Assembly: GCA_965231015.1 (NCBI GenBank)
Contig: OZ246408.1
Coordinates: forward strand, 545,237 to 609,236
Origin: an uncultured Gammaproteobacteria bacterium
GTDB taxonomy: Bacteria; Patescibacteriota; Patescibacteriia; UBA9934; CAZDDW01
Direction of reading: 5' to 3'
DNA length: 64,000 bases
Both the position numbers and the translations under genes were made by a program. This document shows, one piece after another, positions 39,215 through 48,752 of the stretch. The stretch's first letter is position 1. Each line of letters starts with the position of its first letter. The notes below the pieces were generated by a model that saw only the letters and a list, made by a program, of their open reading frames with translations, did no database searches and was not told the DNA's origin.

Positions 39215-39545
39215 CTCCACGCGGCTCGACACTTGATTGACTAATTATAGTCAGTCGGGCGGCCTCAAAAAGTTTGAGGCACCAAGCGTAATCAGCTATA
39301 CCCAGCGCTCCGGATAAAGCTTTTTAGGCCCGGTTCAGCCGCGGAGCTCTCGCGCTATTACCACGGTAATAGCGGTTCCAAGCTCGATAATCATGTTTAG
39401 CTCAAATAATAATCGAACGCGTGAAGCTACTTTTACAATAGCAAATATTCTCAAAAAGGAAAACAGAGGCCCTTCGGTCCCCTGCCTTCCTAAGCGATCC
39501 CCAGTGAAATGTCACTGGAGGCGAGTTTATCCAGTAAGACTGGAT

Positions 39546-40274
39546 TTATAACTCTTCTTCTATTATACCTTGAAACGTAGCCAAAGGTACAGCCCCGGAC
39601 ACTTTTGTTCCGTTAACGTAGGTTGCCGGGGTTCCGGTTACACCGGCTGATGTTCCGCCTGCCATTTCAGCGGCAATTTCATCTTCGTACCTGCCTGATT
39701 CATAACAATCCAGAAAATCATTCACGTTCAGTCCAATATCGTTTGCGATTTCTTCGTACGAGTCATCACCCAAGTCGCCAGAGTTAGCAAACAGTTCATC
39801 ATGATAGTCCCAAAACTTTCCTTGTTCTGCCGCACACTCGCTAGCTACGGCCGCTGGTACGGCTTCTGGGTGAAAAGACAGCGGGAAATGTCGGAACACA
39901 AGCGCTACATCATTTCCGTACTCATCAATTATACTTTTAAGAGTGTCTTGGTGGCCAGTACAGTAAGGACATTGAAAATCAGAATATTCAACCAAAATCA
40001 CTTTGGCTGTAGAAACGTCACCGAGAATGTGGTCATCACTGGTCACAGGAGGTAATTGGCCACTTGGCGCTTCAGCAGGTGCTGGTTCATCAGCTTCATC
40101 GTCCTGAACTAAGGAATCTGTTTCTTCCTCGTTTGCGGCAGTGGCAGAACCGTCATTCATGGCCATGTTGGCGAAAAATACTGCGGCCACAATGGCTAAG
40201 ACAGCAACTCCTGAAATAAAACCACTGAAAAACATGGTTTTGGGAGAGCCGTTAAAAAAATCGTTGTTATCCAT
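39546..40274 (-). CDS. DsbA-family thiol:disulfide oxidoreductase (membrane-anchored)
   Basis: Thioredoxin CPYC active site; N-terminal TM. Confidence 0.8.
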   Translation of the reverse strand: MDNNDFFNGSPKTMFFSGFISGVAVLAIVAAVFFANMAMNDGSATAANEEETDSLVQDDEADEPAPAEAPSGQLPPVTSDDHILGDVSTAKVILVEYSDFQCPYCTGHQDTLKSIIDEYGNDVALVFRHFPLSFHPEAVPAAVASECAAEQGKFWDYHDELFANSGDLGDDSYEEIANDIGLNVNDFLDCYESGRYEDEIAAEMAGGTSAGVTGTPATYVNGTKVSGAVPLATFQGIIEEEL

Positions 40275-40287
40275 AAGGTGTGTTTAA

Positions 40288-41070
40288 TTATTGAAGTTTG
40301 AGCTTATCATACGTATCTCGCTCAGGCAAATTTGTTGTTTTGAATTTATAGGCAAGGAATAAACCAAGAATAATCATGCCGATTGCGGAGTATTGTGCCG
40401 GGGTTAAGCCAAGGTATTTTACGTCAACCGCACGAGTAAAATCAAGCACAAATCGAGCCAGACCGTACCAGATTAGAAAGACGATCGGGTAAGTGGTGGG
40501 ACTCACTTTATACCTTCTTAACAACACGAAAACTAGGAATAAAATCAAGCCGTTCAGGGACAAGTAAAGACCGTGATCGTGTCGGATGATACCGTCCGGA
40601 TATTGAATTCCAAGGAAAAAACTTGTTTCTGTTCCCGGGTGGTCGTGAATAAAAGCACAGCCAATCCGACCAATAAACAGGCCGAGCGGGAGGCCAAAAA
40701 CTCCAGCACTAAAATACTTCCAAAAATCAAGTTTGTTAATTTTCAGGTAGAGCCATCCAAGAAGAACCGCTCCAACAAAACCACCAATAACAGAAAAACC
40801 ACTTTCCCATGGAGCCAGGGCCAACCAAGGATGTTCTAAATAATAACCAAGCTCATAAAACAAGACATGGAACACACGACTCATGACTACAGCACCAAGC
40901 AACACCCAAACCAGCGCGTCCCAGAGCCTTTTTTCTTGAAGACCGATCGATTTTGCGTAGTTGACTGACGCGTAGGTTCCAAATACAAAACCAAGGGCAA
41001 CCATGGTACCCCAAAATTGCAAATTAATCGGACCGAGCGGAATAGTGTGTATTTCAAGGTAAGGAATCAT
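40288..41070 (-). CDS. lgt: prolipoprotein diacylglyceryl transferase
   Basis: Multi-TM; GLPLGLFIGRIGC… resembles Lgt signature G-R-x-G-N. Confidence 0.75.
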   Translation of the reverse strand: MIPYLEIHTIPLGPINLQFWGTMVALGFVFGTYASVNYAKSIGLQEKRLWDALVWVLLGAVVMSRVFHVLFYELGYYLEHPWLALAPWESGFSVIGGFVGAVLLGWLYLKINKLDFWKYFSAGVFGLPLGLFIGRIGCAFIHDHPGTETSFFLGIQYPDGIIRHDHGLYLSLNGLILFLVFVLLRRYKVSPTTYPIVFLIWYGLARFVLDFTRAVDVKYLGLTPAQYSAIGMIILGLFLAYKFKTTNLPERDTYDKLKLQ

Positions 41071-41699
41071 ATTTTTATGAGTTTAAATATTTCGTTTCGG
41101 TATCGAATGGACAAAATTACCCCAAGCGTTGCTCCTGTAGCATCAAAAGCGTAATCAATGACGGTATCATTAGGTTGACCAGCCTCACCGTACATTTCTG
41201 TCCCCCAAATAATATCCCCATAGTATTCAAAAGCTTCATTGCCAATTCCGGTCAAAAAACTTAAAACAATCGCAATGACCACAACCACCGCCCAATTACT
41301 TTTCAGGGTCGGTTTAAGCGTATAAACAAGGGTAACAAAGCCGATAGCCGCGAATAATGAGGCAGTATAGTGAACAAAAGAATCATAACCAATTCCCCAC
41401 CGGTATGGCCCGAAAGATCCAATCCAGGATAAACACATGGCCCCGGCCAGCAATAGTTCGATTAAAGCCAGTAATGGTTCTGTGGCACGACGTTTTAAGC
41501 TCGGAATTTTGAATATGAGCCAGGGTAAAAACAATAATATAGCCGATATCCCCATTAACCAAGCTAAAAACCATTCATCGTCATGGGCTCGGATGTCGAT
41601 CAGTTCAAAGGCCAACAAGATAGTTAAAACCACAAAAATCCAGAAAATGATCTGGATGGCAATTCTTGTTTTTAATTTAGAAAACAAAAACAAGGGCAT
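41067..41699 (-). CDS. integral membrane protein, unknown function (overlaps lgt start by 4 nt)
   Basis: 210 aa, ~6 TM. Confidence 0.5.
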   Translation of the reverse strand: MPLFLFSKLKTRIAIQIIFWIFVVLTILLAFELIDIRAHDDEWFLAWLMGISAILLFLPWLIFKIPSLKRRATEPLLALIELLLAGAMCLSWIGSFGPYRWGIGYDSFVHYTASLFAAIGFVTLVYTLKPTLKSNWAVVVVIAIVLSFLTGIGNEAFEYYGDIIWGTEMYGEAGQPNDTVIDYAFDATGATLGVILSIRYRNEIFKLIKI

Positions 41700-41700
41700 A

Positions 41701-43155
41701 CTATGTAAAGTTCGGAGAAGTTTTGTGCCAGTCAGTTTCTTCTTGGTAGGCCTTCCCTACCCTAAACAAAGTATATTCATCAAAAGCCTGTCCGATTAAT
41801 TGAAATCCGACCGGTAGATTATTGACAAAACCACACGGAATGGATATTCCGGGTAGACCGGCCAAGTTTAAGGAAATGGTGTAAATATCAGACAGATACA
41901 TTTCCAACGGGTCGTCAACCTTAGCACCTATTTCCCAGGCTACCGTTGGCGAGGTTGGGGTAAGCAAACAATCAACCTGATTAAAGACCTGATCAAAATC
42001 TTCACGGATTTTTGCGCGGACCTGCAGAGCTTTTTTGTAGTATGCGTCATAGTAACCACTTGATAGGGCGTAGGTACCAAGCATAATTCGGCGTTTAACC
42101 TCGGCTCCAAAACCTTGTCCGCGGGTTCGTTTATAAAGCTCATCCAAATTTTCACTACGCTCACTCTTTCCATACCGAATTCCATCAAAGCGAGCCAAGT
42201 TTGAGCTGGCCTCTGAAGGCATGACAATGTAATACGCGGCTAAAGAATAATCTGTGTGTGGTAGTTCCACCTCTTTAAAAACGGCACCCTTGGACTCAAG
42301 GAGTTGGATAACTAGATTGATTTGTCCCTTGATCTTGTTATCTAAACCTTTTGCAAAGTATTCTTTTGGTAAACCGATTTTAACTCCGTTGATATCACTA
42401 TTTATAAGTTCAGCCACGGTTGTTTTTATGTCGGGTGAACTAGTGGCGTCTTTTGGGTCAGGTCCCTCAATGGTTTTTAAAATTAAAGCCGCATCCTCAA
42501 CAGTTCGTGCAAAAGGGCCGATTTGATCTAGGCTTGACGCAAGAGCAATTAATCCATTTCGAGAAACACGTCCATAGGTTGGTTTTAGCCCAACTACACC
42601 ACAAAGCGAGGCTGGTTGGCGAATAGAGCCACCAGTATCAGAACCGAGCGCCGCCGGTACAAACCCGGCTGCCACAACCGCAGCAGACCCACCAGAGCTC
42701 CCCCCGGGGACTCGTTTTGTATTCCATGGATTATACGTGTTTCCGTGAGCAGAGTTTTCACAAGATGATCCCATGGCGAACTCGTCACAGTTGGTTCGAC
42801 CAATAATAATTGCTCCGGCCGCCTTAAGTCGATCCACTACGGTGGCACTATAAGTGGCACGATAATTTTCCAAAATTTTTGATCCGGCACTAGCAATTTT
42901 CCCCCTCACCAGAATATTGTCCTTTAAGGCAATGGGAATTCCGGCCAGAGGAGGCAAACTTTCGCCCTTAGAACGTTTTTCATCCCATTTATGAGCTTCT
43001 TCCAAGGCATCATCAAAAACTTCTAAAAAAGCGTGAATTGACTCGTCACGTCGTTTGATCAAATTTAAATAGCCCTGCAACAATTCAACCGAAGTGATCT
43101 TTTTTTCGGTCAATAGTCTTCTGATTTCAAAAATTGATAGATTTAGGTTGTCCAT
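41701..43155 (-). CDS. gatA: Glu-tRNA(Gln)/Asp-tRNA(Asn) amidotransferase subunit A
   Basis: Amidase signature [14 protein letters not shown]. Confidence 0.95.
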   Translation of the reverse strand: MDNLNLSIFEIRRLLTEKKITSVELLQGYLNLIKRRDESIHAFLEVFDDALEEAHKWDEKRSKGESLPPLAGIPIALKDNILVRGKIASAGSKILENYRATYSATVVDRLKAAGAIIIGRTNCDEFAMGSSCENSAHGNTYNPWNTKRVPGGSSGGSAAVVAAGFVPAALGSDTGGSIRQPASLCGVVGLKPTYGRVSRNGLIALASSLDQIGPFARTVEDAALILKTIEGPDPKDATSSPDIKTTVAELINSDINGVKIGLPKEYFAKGLDNKIKGQINLVIQLLESKGAVFKEVELPHTDYSLAAYYIVMPSEASSNLARFDGIRYGKSERSENLDELYKRTRGQGFGAEVKRRIMLGTYALSSGYYDAYYKKALQVRAKIREDFDQVFNQVDCLLTPTSPTVAWEIGAKVDDPLEMYLSDIYTISLNLAGLPGISIPCGFVNNLPVGFQLIGQAFDEYTLFRVGKAYQEETDWHKTSPNFT

Positions 43156-43460
43156 TATTCCGAATTACCGAATACGTTCGGTGAACTTAAAAGTTTGCCC
43201 TCTTTAGCAGGAAACGAATTACAAATTGCATCGACGGTTGCTTGACTGCTTGCAGCAACCGTGTCTTCTCGAAGTACATTCACGCCATCATCAGCATGTG
43301 CCATCTGTGGAGCATCAGCCGATAATTTTAACTTTTCGATCTTTTCAATATAATCCAAAATCTCTCCCAGCTGTTTTTGATAAAGCCGAGCTTCTTCATC
43401 TGTGATCTGTAATTTAGCCAGATCAGCCATGTGATCGATGTGGTCTCTGGTAAGTTTCAT
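43155..43460 (-). CDS. gatC: amidotransferase subunit C
   Basis: 101 aa, LAKLQITDEE… typical GatC. Confidence 0.8.
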   Translation of the reverse strand: MKLTRDHIDHMADLAKLQITDEEARLYQKQLGEILDYIEKIEKLKLSADAPQMAHADDGVNVLREDTVAASSQATVDAICNSFPAKEGKLLSSPNVFGNSE

Positions 43461-43461
43461 G

Positions 43462-45462
43462 TTAGTTAAGGATAGCTAAAAAATCATCTTCTGACAACAC
43501 ACTTACACCCACTTTTTTTGCTTTTGCAAGTTTTGAGCCCGGTTTCTCTCCAACCACTAAGTAGGTTGTTTCTTTACTTACTGACCCGGGCGTTCTGGCA
43601 CCTAAATCCCTCACTCTTTGCTTGGCCTCATCTCGACTCATGGTTTTCATTGAACCGGTAAAAACAAAGCTTTGGCCAGAGAGTGGTTTGGTTTGTCCGG
43701 TTTTCGTGGACCCTACCTTTACGCCGTGCTTTTTATAATCTTCGATCAGATCTTGATTTGTTTCTGATGAGAAAAAGCTGTGTAAGCTCTCTGCAACCAC
43801 ATTTCCGATGCCGGGGATAGTGTTGAGGTCTTCAGCTTTAGCTGAAATTATTCTATCTAAAGAACCGAAATGATCTGCAATATCCCGAGCGGTTTGTTCG
43901 CCCACGTGACGAATTCCCAGGGCAACCAAAAAGCGATCAAGCGGAATAGTTTTTTTATCTGCAATGGCTTTTTTTAGTTTTGTGGCTGACACCTTGGCAA
44001 AACCTTCGAGTTCTAGCAGTTCTTCAGGTTTAAGGGTGAAAAGATCCGGAGCTGATTGAATAAGTCCTGCTTCAAGCAATTGGGCCACAATAGAATCCCC
44101 CAGACCATCAATTTCGAAGGCTCTGACAGCGTGCAAAATACGACCCTGATCCTTGGCCGGACAGTCATCGTTGGTACAGTAGGTTGCCACCTCACCTTCT
44201 TTGCGCTTCGTTTCTGATCCACAAACAGGGCAATGACGCGGTGGTTCAATCCGCCTAACGTTGCTTGGACGCATCTCATTTAACACCCGTACAACTTTGG
44301 GTATTATTTCCCCAGCCTTGACCAGAATCACAGTATCTCCGATCCGAAGATCTAAGCGTTTGATCTCATCCGCATTATGCAAAGAAGCGTGCTTTACCGT
44401 GGTGCCGCCAATCCAGGTCGGTTTTACAATGGCCACCGGGGTCAAAGCTCCGGTTCGCCCAACAAACCATTCCACGTCTTCAACCACGGTCGTGGCTTCT
44501 TCGGCTGGAAATTTCCAGGCCACGAGCCCGCGAGGCGTTTTTCCAACAACACCAAGCTTGGCAAACTGCTGATTATTATTAACCCGAATTACGGTTCCAT
44601 CAATCCAATAATTCATGTTTTCACGTTTGTCCTGCATTTTATTCCAGTAGTCTTTTACTTCACCAACACTTTTAGTAACCTGAAATTCCGGGCTAACTTT
44701 AAAACCGAGCTGGTGAAGAATTTTCCATTCATTATCATGGGTTTTTTGGCCAATGTCAGTCACAATATCCCACGCTAAAAACGAAAGTTTTCGTTCGGCT
44801 GTAATACGCGGATCAAGTTGTCGAACAGTCCCGGCCGCGGCATTTCGCGGGTTCGCGAATTCTTTTTTCCCCTGTTTTTTTAGCTGTTGATTATATTTTT
44901 TAAATTCATCAACCGGAAAGTACACCTCACCCCGAACCTCGAACGTCCCTTTCAGTGCTTTTTGAGCTGACTTGGAATCTCGAAGTCGTAAAGGGATAGA
45001 TTCAATCGTTTTAATATTTGAGGTGATATTTTCCCCAACAACACCATCACCTCTGGTGGCAGCTTGAACCAAAATTCCGTCTTGATAAGTGAGAGTGATC
45101 GCTAATCCATCAAGTTTTACCATGCAAAAAACTGTAAACCGGGGTTGGTCAAGCAATTTTCCAATCCGCTCATACCAAGCCTGAAATTCGTCTTCAGAAA
45201 AAACGTCTTCCATAGACAGCATGCGTTCACTGTGACGCACCTTTTCGAATTTATCCAAGGGTTGTCCTCCTACACGTTGCGTTGGCGAATCCGAGGTGAT
45301 TAGTTCTGGGTATTCTTGTTCAAGTTCATACAGTTCGTGTTTTAAAGAATCCAAAGCCGGATCAGACATGGTTTGTTTGTCTAAAACATGATAGTTGTAG
45401 CGTTCCTTGGCAATGGTGTCTCGTAATTTTACAACGCGGTCTTTGGCTTCTTTTAAATTCAT
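43462..45462 (-). CDS. ligA: NAD-dependent DNA ligase
   Basis: KLDGLA adenylation motif, Zn finger CPVCGS…C…C, BRCT tail. Confidence 0.95.
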   Translation of the reverse strand: MNLKEAKDRVVKLRDTIAKERYNYHVLDKQTMSDPALDSLKHELYELEQEYPELITSDSPTQRVGGQPLDKFEKVRHSERMLSMEDVFSEDEFQAWYERIGKLLDQPRFTVFCMVKLDGLAITLTYQDGILVQAATRGDGVVGENITSNIKTIESIPLRLRDSKSAQKALKGTFEVRGEVYFPVDEFKKYNQQLKKQGKKEFANPRNAAAGTVRQLDPRITAERKLSFLAWDIVTDIGQKTHDNEWKILHQLGFKVSPEFQVTKSVGEVKDYWNKMQDKRENMNYWIDGTVIRVNNNQQFAKLGVVGKTPRGLVAWKFPAEEATTVVEDVEWFVGRTGALTPVAIVKPTWIGGTTVKHASLHNADEIKRLDLRIGDTVILVKAGEIIPKVVRVLNEMRPSNVRRIEPPRHCPVCGSETKRKEGEVATYCTNDDCPAKDQGRILHAVRAFEIDGLGDSIVAQLLEAGLIQSAPDLFTLKPEELLELEGFAKVSATKLKKAIADKKTIPLDRFLVALGIRHVGEQTARDIADHFGSLDRIISAKAEDLNTIPGIGNVVAESLHSFFSSETNQDLIEDYKKHGVKVGSTKTGQTKPLSGQSFVFTGSMKTMSRDEAKQRVRDLGARTPGSVSKETTYLVVGEKPGSKLAKAKKVGVSVLSEDDFLAILN

Positions 45463-46250
45463 AAATGAAATGCGCTCAAATAGTATTCAATCACGTGCTC
45501 ACCAAAGAAAAGCATGGCTATGGCCGCACCAGACAAAAATGTGCCAAAGGCGATTTTAGTTTGCATGTTGACTTTTTTGGCTAAAATGAGACCGATTGAG
45601 AAGATGGCACCTGCTATATAGGCAAAAAAGAGTGTGGCCAATCCGTTCCAAAGTCCCAGCATTAATCCAATCACAACACCTAGTCGAATATCCCCGCCCC
45701 CAATCCAGCGTCCCTTAGAAACCATAAATTGCATTAAAAAAAAGATGCCAAGTACGGCTGCTCCATACAGCAATAAGCTGGGCGGAAAGCCAAGAGCCAG
45801 GTTTATCAACAAAGCCACGAACATAGCCGAAACACTGAACCGATCCGGAATAATCTGATAACGCAAGTCATAAACAAAAATCAAAATCAAAAAAGAGACA
45901 AAAATACAATCTCGAATGATCAGCCAAAGAATTAGTTCTGGGCTAACCGGTGAAAATAGAAACCAGCCATACCAGTAGTGCGCAAAGACAGCCACAAACA
46001 AGACTGCAGTCGCCAGCTCTACTGCCGGATACTGAAGACTGATCTTGTTTCTGCACTTCCGGCACTTGGCTCGCAGAATAATCCAGCTGGCCACAGGGAT
46101 TAAATCAAACCAGGCAATTGGTTGTTGGCAGTGTCGACAAATAGAGCGACGTGATTTTTTGTCCAAGGGTTCATAGGTGCGTGAAATCACGACATTCAAA
46201 AAACTGCCTACCCCGAGACCCAAAACCATAAATAATAACGCCATAAACAT
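45459..46250 (-). CDS. prepilin peptidase (A24 family)
   Basis: N-terminal Cys-rich CRHCQQP…CRKCRN Zn motif and multi-TM body. Confidence 0.8.
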   Translation of the reverse strand: MFMALLFMVLGLGVGSFLNVVISRTYEPLDKKSRRSICRHCQQPIAWFDLIPVASWIILRAKCRKCRNKISLQYPAVELATAVLFVAVFAHYWYGWFLFSPVSPELILWLIIRDCIFVSFLILIFVYDLRYQIIPDRFSVSAMFVALLINLALGFPPSLLLYGAAVLGIFFLMQFMVSKGRWIGGGDIRLGVVIGLMLGLWNGLATLFFAYIAGAIFSIGLILAKKVNMQTKIAFGTFLSGAAIAMLFFGEHVIEYYLSAFHL

Positions 46251-46287
46251 ATGGCGTTATTTTACCAATTTTAGGCTTATAATTCAA

Positions 46288-46812
46288 TTACTGTTCCTGA
46301 AAACAGGCGCCGGCACGAATTCCGGTCGGAATTGCACAATTAATTCCTTTTTGTATTCCTCGTTCCGGAATGTCTCGTTCAAACTCCAAACTAACCGCGT
46401 AACTCTGGCCATCACTTAAAACCGTATAACAGTAGGCGGTACGAGCCGGGTTTCCACATTGGCTTAAGTCCTGCAACCCCTTGTCATAAAGCGAAGGAAC
46501 TAAAGACATAAACACTATCGGGTCTCCGGAACAATTTCCCTGAAAGCCTTCACTCGAAAGACAAGCACTTTGCCCGGCATCACCCAGAGGCAAAAATTCT
46601 CCACCTGGATATTCATTCTTTTCGTTAAAATGTTGCTCCAGAGCAATTTGAATCTCATTGATGTCATTCAGGCGTTTATAGTCTCGAGATCTTTCTCGGG
46701 CTGAATTCACCATCACTGCCGCTAAAACACCTACCAATGCAATCACGGCTAAGACAACTAATAATTCAACCTTTGAGATACCCAAATTATTTTTCTTTAG
46801 ATTCATAAACAA
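46288..46812 (-). CDS. type IV pilin-like protein
   Basis: Prepilin N-terminus LG|ISKVELLVVLAVIALVG with Glu at +5. Confidence 0.65.
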   Translation of the reverse strand: MFMNLKKNNLGISKVELLVVLAVIALVGVLAAVMVNSARERSRDYKRLNDINEIQIALEQHFNEKNEYPGGEFLPLGDAGQSACLSSEGFQGNCSGDPIVFMSLVPSLYDKGLQDLSQCGNPARTAYCYTVLSDGQSYAVSLEFERDIPERGIQKGINCAIPTGIRAGACFQEQ

Positions 46813-47176
46813 TTCGTTTTATCTTTCGAGCCGCCTCTGACGGCACAAAATGTCCTTTGATTAAGTAATCGGTTGCCCCTCTCTCTAAAGCTAATTTTAC
46901 ACTATTTTTGTCACCAAGTTGAGTAATAACGACAATTGGGACAGCTTTTAGATTATTCATTCCCTTTAGTTCCTCTATGAAATCAAAACCGGTTCTATTT
47001 TCAATAGCTACATCTAAAATGATAGCTGACGGAACCAGGTTTTTAAGTTTTTTTCTGGCCTCATCAAGACCTTCCACCACTCTTACTTTGCAGTGTTCCA
47101 TTTCCAGTTTGCGTGCGTAAATTCCGGCTAAATACCCGTCTTCCTCAATAATTAAAACCGTTGGTTTATCAGACAT
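46787..47176 (-). CDS. receiver-domain-only response regulator
   Basis: CheY-like fold, phospho-acceptor D in IILDV, K in LIKGH. Confidence 0.7.
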   Translation of the reverse strand: MSDKPTVLIIEEDGYLAGIYARKLEMEHCKVRVVEGLDEARKKLKNLVPSAIILDVAIENRTGFDFIEELKGMNNLKAVPIVVITQLGDKNSVKLALERGATDYLIKGHFVPSEAARKIKRIVYESKEK

Positions 47177-47178
47177 AC

Positions 47179-48297
47179 TTACGAGTTATCACGCATAGCC
47201 AACCCTACAGCTACTGACATTCTGGGACCGATCTCATCCAACATCGGTCGTAAATCAGTTGGGTAAACAGTGCGGGCCCATGGATCACCAACGTAGGTGT
47301 TAATGTTGGTGTTATTGGCGATCAGATTGGTTAGTCCCGGCAAATGAGCTGAACCGCCGGTTAAAATTATTTTTTCTACTTTTTTCCCTTCTGAAGATTC
47401 CTGTTTGGCGTACTGTTCAAAAGTGTACTGAATCTCGTTTAAAATTGGTTTCAAAGTATCTTCAATTATTGGGATTGAATCCCCACTGTCCCCACCAAGG
47501 TCATACTTGATCTGTTCTGCTTCTTCAAAATCAACCCCCATTTGATCAGCAATGCGCCTGGTGATCATGTCTCCGCCCACGTTCACACTGCGAGTCAAAA
47601 ACGGGATTCCTTTTTCAACCACAGTGAGATTAGAGCGAGTTGCTCCAAGATCAATGATTAAAATTCGGGACTTATCTTTACCAACCAATGATCTAATGAG
47701 TGCAAAGGATTCCGTTTCCAAAGCGACTAGCTCCAACTTGGCTGACTTGAAAATTTGCACGTACTTTTGAACCAGCGACTTAGCCGCTCCGGTAATCAGT
47801 ACTCTAATATATTCCTGATCTTTTCTTTCACCAATTAACGGCTTTTTTTCTGGTACTTTTTCCTTTTTCCTTTTTCCTTTTTCTGGTGACGGTTTCTTCA
47901 ATTCATCAATCAGCTTTGAATCCAAGATCATTTCCTCTAGCGGTAATGGTACTAATTTGCGGGCTTGAGCCTCAATTAATGGCTTTAAATCTTTTTCTTC
48001 TTTTACGCGAGGCACCCGGATCACAGCGGAAAAAACCTTCGAAAGCGGCAGGGCTGAAACCACTTTCACACTTTCTACTCCGGATTTTTTGCATACTTTC
48101 GAAATTAGATCAGTGGCTTTTTTCTGATCATCGATCAGTGGTCTATCAGATTTGGCTTCGTCCGGTTGTTCAGTATAGCCATAAGTCATAACCCTTTGCT
48201 GACCTTTTTCAAGCACCAATTCAACTAACTTAATATTTCCGGCTCCGATATCGACCCCGATATATCCTTTTTTTGTTGAACCTCCAAATAAGGCCAT
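47179..48297 (-). CDS. pilM: type IV pilus assembly ATPase-like protein PilM
   Basis: YIGVDIGAGNIKLVEL actin-like N-terminus as in PilM (GIDIGSSSIKLVEL). Confidence 0.8.
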   Translation of the reverse strand: MALFGGSTKKGYIGVDIGAGNIKLVELVLEKGQQRVMTYGYTEQPDEAKSDRPLIDDQKKATDLISKVCKKSGVESVKVVSALPLSKVFSAVIRVPRVKEEKDLKPLIEAQARKLVPLPLEEMILDSKLIDELKKPSPEKGKRKKEKVPEKKPLIGERKDQEYIRVLITGAAKSLVQKYVQIFKSAKLELVALETESFALIRSLVGKDKSRILIIDLGATRSNLTVVEKGIPFLTRSVNVGGDMITRRIADQMGVDFEEAEQIKYDLGGDSGDSIPIIEDTLKPILNEIQYTFEQYAKQESSEGKKVEKIILTGGSAHLPGLTNLIANNTNINTYVGDPWARTVYPTDLRPMLDEIGPRMSVAVGLAMRDNS

Positions 48298-48320
48298 AGT
48301 GACTATAATTATAGCACTTT

Positions 48321-48752
48321 TTAGGTGTTTGCGTCGATCGCTTTGTTCACAAGCGCGTCTGCTTCTTTGTTAAACTCACGTTTGACATGACGAAATGTCA
48401 CCTTGTCGAACCCATGAGTTAGGTTCCAGACTTTGATAAAGATTTTTGCCAGGTCTGGATCTTTGACCTTGTACTCACCGTTTAGCTGTTTACATGCTAG
48501 CTCCGAATCCATAATCGATTCTATTTCGCGGGCTCCAAGCTCGTGAGCCCGTTCCAGCCCCATCAAAATAGCTGTGTACTCAGCCTGATTATTGGTTGTT
48601 TCACCAAGGTATTCGCTAATTTCATCTACCACTTCCCCGTCATTTTTAATTACTACCCCAGCTCCGGCCGGACCCGGGTTTCCCCGCGCTCCGCCATCAG
48701 AAAATATTGTCAGTTTATCGTAATCCATATTTTGACATTTATCATTTATCAT
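48321..48752 (-). CDS. rnhA: ribonuclease HI
   Basis: IFSDGGARGNPGPAGAG, …ELGAREIES…D…N motifs. Confidence 0.85.
   Translation of the reverse strand: MINDKCQNMDYDKLTIFSDGGARGNPGPAGAGVVIKNDGEVVDEISEYLGETTNNQAEYTAILMGLERAHELGAREIESIMDSELACKQLNGEYKVKDPDLAKIFIKVWNLTHGFDKVTFRHVKREFNKEADALVNKAIDANT

Noticed and set aside
39216-39545. Assignment of the noncoding gap to tmRNA
   Set aside because: No tRNA-like 3' end (GGTTCGANTCC…CCA) or ANDENYALAA-type tag reading frame is present on either strand.
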